This document shows positions 1-9,068 of a stretch of DNA of 32,000 nucleotides, piece after piece. A model generated the notes under the pieces. The model did not search any database, had not been told where the DNA came from, and saw only the letters and a list, made by a program, of their open reading frames with translations. Source of the DNA: an uncultured Nitrososphaerales archaeon (GTDB lineage Archaea > Thermoproteota > Nitrososphaeria > Nitrososphaerales > Nitrososphaeraceae); assembly GCA_963840085.1 (NCBI GenBank), contig CAWIYT010000123.1:1-32000 (forward strand), written 5' to 3'. Position 1 is the first letter of the stretch. Every line of letters begins with the position of its first letter. The position numbers were made by a program, and so were the translations under genes.

Positions 1-21
1 CTATTTTTTCCTGATTCTTCT

Positions 22-1446
22 CTATAATGTATTTAGATAAGGATTTTTTATATCGTCAACTGACTTTGTGTTTTGGAATAGTCTTATTAACGGCTTGGTT
101 AACTGCTTGTATCTGTTCTTAATGTTTAGTTTGACATTAGGAATAGTGTCTTTATGGTGTAATAATCTGTACATTAAAAGTAATTTTCTTGTATTCATTA
201 ATTCTTCATATAGTTCTTTGAATTGCTCGTCTCCTGACTCATCAATTACTTCTGAAATATCATATTGTGGATTGCCTGGTACTGCCTTTAAGACTATTAT
301 TCTTTCCAGAAACCCTTTAGATTCTTTTTTGTCTGGCATTTTTTCGGAAGCAAACATTTTAAAACTAAATAAAAAAAAGCCTTGTTGTCTTGAAGACGAT
401 TTTCTTTTTTTATTGTTAATAGGACTAGAATTTTCATATATTCTGGTTACTTTTGTCCCACTTCTGTAACTTTGTTTGTACAGCTTCTTTTTTTCAACCT
501 GTTGATCTATGTCGTCAATCTCATCCTCTATTATGATATGTTGAGCTTCTTCAAGTTGACTTCCAAAATTGTAAATATTGGCAGGTGTTATTGCTATATC
601 ATATACTGGTCTATATCCGAGAAACGAAAACACAAGTAATATGTTATTCTTTCCAGTATTATTATCTCCAACAATTAACAAATAGTGAGTCATTCCCAAT
701 CTATCTTGAAAATATGTAAAGATAATATCGGCAGCTAAGATATTGATAAAGTTATCATCTATATCTATGAATTTTTTTAGTTCAGTTTTTACTCTATTAA
801 AAAGGGAATCCAAAGTTTCGTTTTTAGCTCGGTTAATAAAATACTCAATCTCTTCAACTGAAGCAAAACTATACTCTTTGCTTAGATACTCAGTTCTTTC
901 CGGAGGTATTATATCAATATCAGATAAGGGTATTTCTTTTGAGAGTGATGGTTTATCATTAATTATCTGAATAAAACAAGGAATATTATTTGATAAAATT
1001 GCTTCAGCCAACGGAATTCCATGACTATATTTATTAATTGTACAAGTCTTTTTTCCATCATCCTTATTCTCTCCTTTAGATTCTCTTGAATTTTCTTTTT
1101 GGATCTGCTCCTGATCACCATTACTATTATAATCGTGTTGTGATACTGTTATAGTATGGTAATTCGCATCAAGAGTATCAGCAATCGGTTTATGATAAGG
1201 TTGTGGAATCTCTTTTTCAATTAGAGCATCTTTCGCATTTCGCTTCGTACGATTCCAGTCTTTATAATAATGACAAATGCTTCTTAGATTATTATTATCA
1301 ATGTTCAGTTCCAGAATAAAGTTTTGAGTAGTATTAGCTTCAAAAAAGAAATCTGTAACTATTCCTAAATCTTGAAGTTCTTGTGATAATTCTAGATCTA
1401 TGATTTCTTTTGTTGTTGCTGCTGTTGGAACTGGTGATAAGGTCAT
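22..1446 (-). CDS. Putative P-loop NTPase / SF3-helicase-like replication protein of the integrated element
   Basis: 474-aa ORF. It has a Walker-A-like 'VGDNNTGKN' and, about 40 aa later, a Walker-B-like acidic 'HIIIEDEIDD'. It is the last gene of a tightly packed minus-strand operon. The residue after the Lys is N rather than S/T, so the function is tentative. Confidence 0.5.
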   Translation of the reverse strand: MTLSPVPTAATTKEIIDLELSQELQDLGIVTDFFFEANTTQNFILELNIDNNNLRSICHYYKDWNRTKRNAKDALIEKEIPQPYHKPIADTLDANYHTITVSQHDYNSNGDQEQIQKENSRESKGENKDDGKKTCTINKYSHGIPLAEAILSNNIPCFIQIINDKPSLSKEIPLSDIDIIPPERTEYLSKEYSFASVEEIEYFINRAKNETLDSLFNRVKTELKKFIDIDDNFINILAADIIFTYFQDRLGMTHYLLIVGDNNTGKNNILLVFSFLGYRPVYDIAITPANIYNFGSQLEEAQHIIIEDEIDDIDQQVEKKKLYKQSYRSGTKVTRIYENSSPINNKKRKSSSRQQGFFLFSFKMFASEKMPDKKESKGFLERIIVLKAVPGNPQYDISEVIDESGDEQFKELYEELMNTRKLLLMYRLLHHKDTIPNVKLNIKNRYKQLTKPLIRLFQNTKSVDDIKNPYLNTL

Positions 1447-1449
1447 TTC

Positions 1450-1626
1450 CTAAAATCGCCTCTCACGATTTCGTATGAGTTCGTCCTTTTGGAATCTATG
1501 ACGAGTTCCAAAATGACGTATTAATTCAATCTGAACTATGGCAGGCAAATCACGTCTTAACAAAGCCAGTGATTTTTGTAGACTCTTAATCTGTTCCCCA
1601 ATCTCATTGATGGTTTGAAGAGACAA
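1450..1626 (-). CDS. Possible small ORF (58 codons, TTG start), below the ORF-track cutoff
   Basis: The minus-strand frame is open from about 1700 to a TAG stop at 1450-1452, 3 nt before the ATG of the 474-aa gene. There is no ATG; the only candidate start is TTG at 1626. The predicted product is helical and basic ('...LALLRRDLPAIVQIELIRHFGTRHRFQKDELIRNRERRF'). Confidence 0.2.
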   Translation of the reverse strand: MSLQTINEIGEQIKSLQKSLALLRRDLPAIVQIELIRHFGTRHRFQKDELIRNRERRF

Positions 1627-1709
1627 CTTTTTATCTTCATATTGCTTATTATTTTGTGGTCTTGCAAACCTTTCTTCTATTTTTTTCGTGTGGTTTACAA
1701 CCTCCTCTT

Positions 1710-1934
1710 CTATTCAGAAGTGAGCACGTTAGTGTTAGCTTTAGTGTCAGTGGAATAGCAAAACTCAATATCAGCATTATTATTATTCTTGTTCTTATGA
1801 CAGTTACATTTACAATGAATCTCATGTTCAATAAACTTATTTTTCCATATCTTTGGACATATATGATGTGGTCCAGGACATGAGTTTATTGTCCATGGCT
1901 TAATAAGAGACGATATATTTTTTTGCTTGCTCAT
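1710..1934 (-). CDS. Small Cys/His-rich protein (putative zinc-binding)
   Basis: 74 aa containing 'CPGPHHICP...HEIHCKCNCH'. Its ATG overlaps the TGA of the upstream gene (ATGA at 1931-1934), which suggests translational coupling. Two other overlapping ORF-track frames were rejected. Confidence 0.45.
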   Translation of the reverse strand: MSKQKNISSLIKPWTINSCPGPHHICPKIWKNKFIEHEIHCKCNCHKNKNNNNADIEFCYSTDTKANTNVLTSE

Positions 1935-2125
1935 TCCTGAAATGTGGTCTCCTCCCTACCTCTATCACGCTTTTTATGAACTGTTACAGATGTGCGACAA
2001 TGTGGACAAGCACAAACATAGGGATTATTTCCAGTATAGGCCCAACTATATTGACATCTTTGGCATGATAGTTTTACTCCTTTGACTTCTGTTGATGATT
2101 TTTGTTTTTGTATCAAAGTTGGCAT
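1931..2125 (-). CDS. Small zinc-ribbon protein
   Basis: 64 aa with paired CxxC motifs ('CQRCQ...CACPHC'). It is the first gene of the minus-strand cassette. Confidence 0.6.
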   Translation of the reverse strand: MPTLIQKQKSSTEVKGVKLSCQRCQYSWAYTGNNPYVCACPHCRTSVTVHKKRDRGREETTFQE

Positions 2126-2188
2126 GTAGATATTTAGGTATTTATTAGGTATATGAATAAGAGCAATGACTGAAGGTTACCTGTACAT

Positions 2189-3112
2189 TTGGAGCATAAA
2201 AAATTCAAACTAAATGAACTAATATCCAGTGACATAAAAAGCATTCAATATTTTAGCAACCTTAGAGATAATGGAAAAAAATTGTGTCCTAGATGTAGGT
2301 GTAAAGTACAATATAATTTAAAATCAAATAGATATTGGTGTAAAGACTGTAGGTATAACTTTAGTGAGTTTACTGGTACATATTTAGCAAGAATCAAGAT
2401 AAAACCAAGTGGTGTAATACATCTTCTTAACCGATTTGCATATGGTCACTCTGCATATAAAATCAAAGATTCTGTGCAGTATGATATATCAACAATAGAG
2501 AGAATATTTTTATTATTTAGACAGGCAATCTATGATGCATCACTAGCTCAACTACAACAACTACAGCAAAAATCCATGTTTTCTAAAGAGATAGAAATTG
2601 ATAAGATAATTTTAGATTGTCATCATAAAAGAGAAAATAAACAGCTTGAATATAGATGGAGTACTTATAAAAATGACAATCTAGTTATTGGTATCTCTCA
2701 GATGAACAGCAAGAGTATTATTACATTTCCAGTCTCTTCCAACATAAGTAATGATATATTGATTAGCTTAAGAAACGAAATCGATGAGAAACAAGGGCGT
2801 CGCTATTATAATAATCACGGATCATTTCGCAAATTAAATCATTATCTTGGATATGGCATGTTAAATCTACCAAGAAAACATCAAGTAGTAGCATATAGCG
2901 GAGTAGAACCTCGCAGAGAATGCATAACAACTTTTGATATTGAAGATTTTTGGAATTATATGAACAAATCGTTGTACCATTACAGAGGAGTAGCCAGAAA
3001 GTATTTTCCTCTATATCTTAAGGAAATAGAATTCAGGTTTAACAACATGTATAAGGATATTTTTTTCAAGTTATCACAATTATTGGTGAATTCTTATCAT
3101 AGATGTAGATGA
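2189..3112 (+). CDS. IS1595-family (ISXO2-like) transposase homolog
   Basis: N-terminal transposase zinc ribbon 'CPRCRC...YWCKDCRYNFSEFTGTYLARIKIKP'. The C-terminus, 'DIEDFWNYMNKSL..YRGVARKYFPLYLKEIEFRFNN', matches the IS1595 hallmark. TTG start. Confidence 0.7.
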   Translation: MEHKKFKLNELISSDIKSIQYFSNLRDNGKKLCPRCRCKVQYNLKSNRYWCKDCRYNFSEFTGTYLARIKIKPSGVIHLLNRFAYGHSAYKIKDSVQYDISTIERIFLLFRQAIYDASLAQLQQLQQKSMFSKEIEIDKIILDCHHKRENKQLEYRWSTYKNDNLVIGISQMNSKSIITFPVSSNISNDILISLRNEIDEKQGRRYYNNHGSFRKLNHYLGYGMLNLPRKHQVVAYSGVEPRRECITTFDIEDFWNYMNKSLYHYRGVARKYFPLYLKEIEFRFNNMYKDIFFKLSQLLVNSYHRCR

Positions 3113-3135
3113 GCATAATATAAAGTAAAACTAAC

Positions 3136-4575
3136 TTAATTGTTATCATTATTGTTGTTGTTTGATATATGCACATACATTCCTTTTTCAATCAGGTCTT
3201 TAGCCAATTCACTTCTTATTGTATTACTATTTTGATTGCCTAATATTTTCCCTAAAGTGGCCACAATCATCTGAATTTGATCCTTCATTTCTAGTATGTC
3301 ATTATCTTTTTCTTTTTGTTTTTCTTCAAGTACATTCAATCTTTTATTTTCTTCTGTCTTAATATCTTCAAATGCCTGTGGGGTAAGTGGATAACTGCAT
3401 TTAGAACAATATTTGTTATCTATAGCATTAACTAATTCACATCTAGGACATACATGAACAGAGGGCTTTTGTTTAATATCTTGTTCTAATATTATTCCAT
3501 TTCTTGTAAGGATCTCCATCTTTAGCTCATCTCCCATTCTTCTCTTTATGTATCGAGCACCTTGTTTGGAATTGATGCTCCATCTAACCTTCTTTTTGAG
3601 AGCAAAATCAGGAAGGTAGTCTGAATCATTAGTTATGGAAGAATGTCTAAAACAATAAGGATTCCATCTTTTTCTTTTAATAAGATAATCTAATTTCTCT
3701 CTTTCCTCTAGTTCTTCAATTGTGTTGTTTTCCAGAAGTCTAATTATTCTCTTTCTCAGTTGTTTCATCATTGTCCATATTGCATCTGGATTTATCGGAG
3801 CACCATTTAGCAAATTACATATCAATCTAGCATTAGGTTCATTTTTGAAAGGATGTTCATTTAACCAGTCTCTCACATATGGAAAACTAGAAGTAAGCAA
3901 GATGGGACCACTTCCAGTTTTTGCTTCATGTGGAACTTCACCTTCGCCATATCTCTCTTTTAGTCTAATGTGCTTAATCTTCAATAAAGTAATTTCATGA
4001 GGTCGGGCATTCAGATCCCACATAAGCATAAGAATAGCCTTATTGCGTGAGTATGGTTCATACTTTATGATTGAAGTAATATCATCTTTTTCCCATAACT
4101 CGCTTTCAAGATAAGGACTCAATCTTTTTGTCTTTATCTTCTTAATTTGGACAAAAATGGGTGTTGTCCAGTTTGATGGCTCTGATGAAATAAACTTATC
4201 AATATTCTCGTTCTTTTTAATATTGTATAACCATCTAAAGAAATATTTTATTCTCCATAGGTAGTCATTCCAAGTAGTAATCCATCTTTCATCAGGATCC
4301 TCTTCTTTGTTTCTTATCTTTGTATTAAGATATGCAATAACTTGTTCTTTCTTTTGTACCTTCATCAGATTGTCATTGATAAATTCTGAAAACTTGACAA
4401 GAACTTTCAGAATATCACTCTGGTATCTTTCAGAAGTTCTAGAGGCTCTCAAATATTCATAAAACTCAATTAACAAGTCTGAATTTGATCTGTTATCCAG
4501 TTTCCTGACTTTTTCCAATGTATCTTTAAGTTTTGTAGGCATTCTTGTTAGAGGACCTCCAACAATATTTTCCAT
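3136..4575 (-). CDS. Tyrosine recombinase / integrase with C-terminal zinc ribbon and coiled-coil tail
   Basis: 479 aa. Catalytic-domain motifs are present: 'LNARPHEITLLKIKHI' (box I Arg), 'NPYCFRHSSIT' (HxxR region) and 'GARYIKRR' (candidate nucleophile Tyr). The C-terminal part has 'CPRCELV...YCSKCSYP'. The gene is adjacent to a tRNA. Confidence 0.85.
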   Translation of the reverse strand: MENIVGGPLTRMPTKLKDTLEKVRKLDNRSNSDLLIEFYEYLRASRTSERYQSDILKVLVKFSEFINDNLMKVQKKEQVIAYLNTKIRNKEEDPDERWITTWNDYLWRIKYFFRWLYNIKKNENIDKFISSEPSNWTTPIFVQIKKIKTKRLSPYLESELWEKDDITSIIKYEPYSRNKAILMLMWDLNARPHEITLLKIKHIRLKERYGEGEVPHEAKTGSGPILLTSSFPYVRDWLNEHPFKNEPNARLICNLLNGAPINPDAIWTMMKQLRKRIIRLLENNTIEELEEREKLDYLIKRKRWNPYCFRHSSITNDSDYLPDFALKKKVRWSINSKQGARYIKRRMGDELKMEILTRNGIILEQDIKQKPSVHVCPRCELVNAIDNKYCSKCSYPLTPQAFEDIKTEENKRLNVLEEKQKEKDNDILEMKDQIQMIVATLGKILGNQNSNTIRSELAKDLIEKGMYVHISNNNNNDNN

Positions 4576-4603
4576 CTACTAGTATATGAGCCCACTTGGT
4601 TAA

Positions 4604-4678
4604 CGGGCTCGGAGGGCTTCGATCCCACGACCTGCGGTTCCGAAGACCGCCGCGATATCCTGACTACGCTACGAACCC
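4604..4678 (-). tRNA. tRNA-Arg (anticodon UCG)
   Basis: Hand-folded cloverleaf, 75 nt. Acceptor stem GGGUUCG/CGAGCCC with discriminator G. Anticodon stem GCGGU/ACCGC with loop CU-UCG-GA. T arm GUGGG-AUCGAAG-CCCUC. No encoded CCA. Confidence 0.8.
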
Positions 4679-4701
4679 ATTATTCAGTATTATTAAGGTC
4701 T

Positions 4702-4710
4702 CTTAATTAA
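4702..4710 (-). promoter_or_regulatory. Candidate TATA box for the tRNA gene
   Basis: TTAATTAAG on the minus strand, about 25-32 nt upstream of the tRNA 5' end. This is the spacing expected for an archaeal TATA element. Confidence 0.3.
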
Positions 4711-5082
4711 ACTAAACCACCGATTTTCGTTATTATTCTTTAGTTTAAAAATACGATGTCATAAGATAATAATATCACTGATAAATTATAACTGAAAAAT
4801 TTACATAATAATTTTTGTGGTAATTTGAAAACAATCTTGAGGATTGAAAACACTAATACAGATAATATAAGACCAACTCTTAGAACAAGGTAAATATTTC
4901 CTCGTCATAAGCTATCCTTAGAAAAATAAATAATTTTTGCATAATCAAATAGAACAGTATTTCAAGCATAACGATTTTTTGCAGAAAACAAATGAAAATA
5001 ATGAAAATTCATGGTAACAATGAAATCAATAATAATAAAGCAAAAATAAGAATAAAAAAATGATAAAAGCAGTATGTTATAA

Positions 5083-6066
5083 ATGTATTTAAGTATGAAA
5101 TGGTCAATACAAGAAAGGAAGAAACAAGTTATAATTTTACATAAAAGAGGATATACAGTACGGCAAATTGCCGAAGAACTGCATATGTCGACCAGAGATC
5201 TAGTCGCAATTCTTAAAGAATACGAAAGAGAGGAAAAAGAAGCAAGAGAAAGAGAAGTAATAGAAAAAGAGGAAAAAGAAAAAATGAGATTATTTTCGTC
5301 AAAGAGATCAGAAACATTGAAATTATATAAGAAAGGAATAACGCCACTAGATGTTGCTATACAATTAAATATTCATCCAGAAGAAGCAAAAACCATATTT
5401 TTACAATATTTGTCTCTGCAAGACCTTGAGGATCTCATAACAATATACCAAAAATTGAATAATCGACATGCTTTCAAGTCTCTTATAGACTTGTATTTTC
5501 ACATGGAAGAGAATAACATTAGCGAAGACAAAATAGTCGAATTGAATACAATGATTGATTCTTTTCCAAGTATTAAAAAAGAATATGATATTACTTCTAA
5601 TGCATTGACAAGTCTTAGAAGTCAAACAGATGAACTTCTATCAAAGAATGAACTTTTTAGAAACAAGATTTATGAATCGAAAATAGAATTGAATTCACTT
5701 TTAAACGCTATTGATTCTAAAAAAGATGAATTACGCTCAATTAATAGCGAAATATACTATAAAAAACAGTTATTAGAAGATATAAAGAATAGTGAAGAAT
5801 ACAACAATCTTAAAAGTAAAATAGAAAAGGACATTGACAAGTGTTTAAGTCAAAAGAAAGATTTTATAAAAATAGCTTTTGAGACTATATTGAAATTCAT
5901 GAAGAAAGATAAAAACACAAAATTCTTCATTAAAAATATATTTTATAGTCCTGAGATTTTCGTAAATCATTATATCTCTAATTATGAAAACCAAATTATA
6001 GAAATGGCAGAAACTTTATATGATGATACAGTAAAAAACATTACGAATAAAATGGTAAATTCATAA
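5083..6066 (+). CDS. HTH plus long coiled-coil protein, function unknown
   Basis: 327 aa. The N-terminus is helix-turn-helix-like ('KRGYTVRQIAEELHMSTRDLVAILKEY'). It is followed by an E/K-rich region and heptad-like helical sequence. Confidence 0.6.
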   Translation: MYLSMKWSIQERKKQVIILHKRGYTVRQIAEELHMSTRDLVAILKEYEREEKEAREREVIEKEEKEKMRLFSSKRSETLKLYKKGITPLDVAIQLNIHPEEAKTIFLQYLSLQDLEDLITIYQKLNNRHAFKSLIDLYFHMEENNISEDKIVELNTMIDSFPSIKKEYDITSNALTSLRSQTDELLSKNELFRNKIYESKIELNSLLNAIDSKKDELRSINSEIYYKKQLLEDIKNSEEYNNLKSKIEKDIDKCLSQKKDFIKIAFETILKFMKKDKNTKFFIKNIFYSPEIFVNHYISNYENQIIEMAETLYDDTVKNITNKMVNS

Positions 6067-6318
6067 TTTCTTTTACAATTAAATTCACTATGAAATATTA
6101 AATAATTTAAATTCAAATTTTGTCAGAGATTATAAACAATAATAAAATTATTCTTATTTGATCTTGTATTATGGTAAATTGAATTATTTTGAGGTACAGT
6201 AATTTATTTTATCCTAAATAATAATAGTAGCACTTTTCATTCAATTAGCATCATTGGTTATTGAATATAGGTTTGGAGAATACTTTATCTAGGTAATTCG
6301 TAATAAGTAGATACTCAA

Positions 6319-7506
6319 TTGAAGGTTTCAGAGAGGACGGCAGGTGTTGAATATGCTATTAGAGATATCATTACGCATGCAAGAGAATATGAAAAGAAGC
6401 ATGGCAAAAAAGGGATATATCTAAATATTGGTGACCCCGTACAGTATGACTTTCCCACTCCTGACCACATAAAAAATGCATTAATTAAAGCAGTTCAAAA
6501 TAACGAAAATTATTATACAGCATCAGAGGGATTACCCGAGCTCAGACAAGCTATTGGAGAAAAAGAGAAAGGAAAGGGCTTTGACGTAACCGAGAATGAT
6601 GTTTTGGTTACAAATGGAGTCTCAGAAGCATTAGATATGACTTTGGCATCTGTTGTCAGTCCTAATGATGAGATACTTATGCCTGGACCCCACTATCCAC
6701 CATACAAATCATATGTCAAGTTTTATGGAGGAAAACCAGTAGAATTTAAAATCCATTCTGATGGAAAACCAGATATCGACGATTTAAAATCCAAAATTAC
6801 TTCTAAAACCAGTGCAATCTGTCTTATAAGTCCCAACAATCCTACAGGCGAAGTATTTTCTTATAATAATTTAAAGGATATAGTAGATGTTGCTGCCCAA
6901 CATGATCTGTATATAATTTGTGACGAAATATATGACAAAATAGTATTTGATGAGACATTTTCTGGGATTGGAAGTGTATCTAAAGATCTTCCTGTTATAC
7001 TTTTGAACGGTTTCTCTAAAGTCTATCTAATGACTGGATGGCGCTGTGGTTACATGTGTATAAATAGCAGTTCTTCTAAATTGGATGATTTTCGAAATAA
7101 TGTTCCCAAACTTGCAAGAGTAAGAATCGCCTCAAATCTGCCAGTTCAGAAAGCAGCTGTTCAGGCATTGCGAGGACCACAAGATCATATAGAGCAGATG
7201 GTACACAAATTAAAAAATAGACGCAATTACATTGTTAAAAGGCTAAACTCTATGCCACGAGTCTCTTGCACTTTGCCAAAAGGTGCATTTTATGTATTTC
7301 CAAAAATTAATTTAGATGGTCGTTGGAAGAATGACCTTGAATTTGTAATTGATTTGTTGAATAATACCGGCGTTTTAACTGTACATGGCTCAGGTTTTGG
7401 TTCTACCTTTGGAGCTGATCATTTTAGAATTGTGTATTTGGCCAAAGAAGAACTTTTAGAACAAGCAATGGATAAATTGGGAAAATTCTTAGCAGTACAA
7501 GTATAA
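6319..7506 (+). CDS. Class I/II PLP-dependent aminotransferase (aspartate/alanine aminotransferase type)
   Basis: 'SPNNPTGEV' and the PLP-lysine motif 'GFSKVYLMTGWRCGY'. Length 395 aa. TTG start. Confidence 0.9.
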   Translation: MKVSERTAGVEYAIRDIITHAREYEKKHGKKGIYLNIGDPVQYDFPTPDHIKNALIKAVQNNENYYTASEGLPELRQAIGEKEKGKGFDVTENDVLVTNGVSEALDMTLASVVSPNDEILMPGPHYPPYKSYVKFYGGKPVEFKIHSDGKPDIDDLKSKITSKTSAICLISPNNPTGEVFSYNNLKDIVDVAAQHDLYIICDEIYDKIVFDETFSGIGSVSKDLPVILLNGFSKVYLMTGWRCGYMCINSSSSKLDDFRNNVPKLARVRIASNLPVQKAAVQALRGPQDHIEQMVHKLKNRRNYIVKRLNSMPRVSCTLPKGAFYVFPKINLDGRWKNDLEFVIDLLNNTGVLTVHGSGFGSTFGADHFRIVYLAKEELLEQAMDKLGKFLAVQV

Positions 7507-7604
7507 GCAACAATAATAACAACAACAACAATCGCAGCAGCAATAGCAAACGACAATTAATTTTAAATGTCTGTAATGTAAAATATATAATATAGTGAAT
7601 ATCT

Positions 7605-8534
7605 TTGAATGCAGATAATAGATTATTTAATTACAAAAGAGATCAAAGTTTATCTCTTAGGCTAATATTTTGCTTTATCGCACTTTCAGCATTATATGCT
7701 ATTTTTATTGGTGTCCTAACCTATTTGGGAGTTGGATTTATTCCAATTACCTTGATGGTTTCAGCGATGCTACTAGCTCAATGGTATTTTTCTGATAAGA
7801 TGGTCTTGTGGTTTTCTGGAGCCAAGGTTGTTTCAAGAGAGCAGTTTCCTCAGCTTCATGAAATTGTCGAAAGATTGGCTCAAAGGAGCAATCTTCCTAA
7901 ACCAAAGGTAGCTGTTGTTAACACAAAAATGCCAAATGCATTTGCTACAGGCAAAAGTCACAAAAGTTCTCTGGTAGCTGTAACAACAGGTTTGCTGGAT
8001 ATTTTAGATTATGATGAACTAGAAGCTGTGCTTGCTCATGAACTCACTCATGTTAAAAGCAGAGATGTCTTGGTTTTAACTCTTGCGAGTCTTTTCTCAA
8101 TTGTTGCCAGTTTTCTGATGCGATATGCTCTGTTTGGAGCCATGTTTGGAGGAGGAGGATATGGTTATGGCGATAGATCTAGAAACAATGCAGGGGCTAG
8201 TATGCTTATCATTGTATTGGTAGCTGTAGTCACATGGATAATTAGTTTTATTATAACAAGAGCTATATCCCGATATAGAGAATTTGCTGCAGACCGTGGT
8301 TCTGCACAAATTACAGGCAGACCAATGGAACTAGCAAGTGCTTTAACAAAAATCAGTGGAAGTATGCGCCAAGTTCCGCCACAACAACATCAACGTTTTC
8401 AAAGCCTTAATGCCTTTTTTATTATTCCTGCATTATCGTCAAACACACTAGTAAATCTTTTTTCAACTCATCCACCAGTAGAAAAAAGGATTCAAAAACT
8501 AAAGGAAATGTCAACAACTAGTTATTTTATCTAA
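7605..8534 (+). CDS. htpX: M48-family zinc metalloprotease HtpX homolog
   Basis: 'AVLAHELTHV' (HExxH), 'EFAADRGSAQITG', and N-terminal plus central TM segments. 309 aa. Confidence 0.9.
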   Translation: MNADNRLFNYKRDQSLSLRLIFCFIALSALYAIFIGVLTYLGVGFIPITLMVSAMLLAQWYFSDKMVLWFSGAKVVSREQFPQLHEIVERLAQRSNLPKPKVAVVNTKMPNAFATGKSHKSSLVAVTTGLLDILDYDELEAVLAHELTHVKSRDVLVLTLASLFSIVASFLMRYALFGAMFGGGGYGYGDRSRNNAGASMLIIVLVAVVTWIISFIITRAISRYREFAADRGSAQITGRPMELASALTKISGSMRQVPPQQHQRFQSLNAFFIIPALSSNTLVNLFSTHPPVEKRIQKLKEMSTTSYFI

Positions 8535-8778
8535 GCATTATATTACTAAAAAGAGCAAAAGAAGAACAAGAACAAGAAGAACTAACTTTAAACTATTATT
8601 TTTATCTTTTAAAAAGACATAAATAATTGTGTATCATTTTTTTGTTTTTGTTGACTGTTATATTAGTAGTTTTGTTAATTGATCGATTGATCTTTCTTCA
8701 ACTAACAAAAATCTTCCATGTCTCCACATATATTTATCTTGGGACTATGATGGCGGTGGTGATGGCGGGGGCTTCTTC

Positions 8779-9060
8779 TTATCTATTGTAATCATATTCA
8801 TCTTGTCCACTTTTTTTTCTAAAATATCCCCAATATAACAAAAATCCTCCAATAATTAACATGGCTATTACAAATTTTTCATTCGTAATGTTTCCATTTG
8901 TATAGTTATCTAAATAAAATTCAAAAGAAAGTTGTGTAGACACAAAATACAAGTTTCTTAAAGCTATAATGACTGCCATCACAATAAATAAGATGCCCAT
9001 CGCGGACATCCAATTCTTTCCACGTCTCAGTTGATCGTCGCTTTTAAACTTGTAATTCAT
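8779..9060 (-). CDS. Small two-TM membrane protein
   Basis: 93-aa ORF with two hydrophobic helices. It lies 8 nt downstream of the F420 reductase gene on the same strand. Confidence 0.5.
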   Translation of the reverse strand: MNYKFKSDDQLRRGKNWMSAMGILFIVMAVIIALRNLYFVSTQLSFEFYLDNYTNGNITNEKFVIAMLIIGGFLLYWGYFRKKSGQDEYDYNR

Positions 9061-9068
9061 AATTTTTT

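Larger units (their letters stand above)
1..4603. mobile_element. Integrated element (partial; left border outside window) inserted at the 3' end of tRNA-Arg
   Basis: An intact tyrosine integrase gene starts 28 nt from the tRNA 3' end. Behind it sit typical element cargo: zinc-ribbon proteins, a P-loop protein and a transposase homolog. No second copy of the tRNA 3' segment occurs in the window, so the other att site lies upstream of position 1. Confidence 0.6.

Noticed and set aside
68-970. Plus-strand ORFs 68-469 and 743-970, opposite the 474-aa gene
   Set aside because: They are antisense shadows of a longer, better-supported ORF. Their products are hydrophobic, low-complexity sequence typical of AT-rich antisense frames.
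1649-1883. ORFs 1649-1831 (-) and 1656-1883 (+), overlapping the Cys/His-rich gene
   Set aside because: They compete with the frame that has an ATGA coupling to the upstream gene. They have no motif content, so I kept only 1710-1934.
3722-4000. ORF antisense to the integrase
   Set aside because: It is a shadow ORF inside a well-supported integrase gene.
4588-4610. 6-bp inverted repeat (gagccc / gggctc) linking the tRNA 3' end to downstream sequence
   Set aside because: The stem is only 6 bp, which is too short to distinguish from chance. It might relate to the att core, but I cannot support that from this window.
4707-4748. 10-bp perfect inverted repeat (ttaaactaaa / tttagtttaa) upstream of the tRNA
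   Set aside because: It is entirely A/T-rich in an AT-rich spacer, so a chance occurrence is plausible and there is no second supporting signal.
5401-5625. ORF antisense to the HTH/coiled-coil gene
   Set aside because: It is a shadow ORF with no motif content, lying inside a longer ORF.
8097-8309. ORF antisense to htpX
   Set aside because: It is a shadow ORF within a confidently identified gene.
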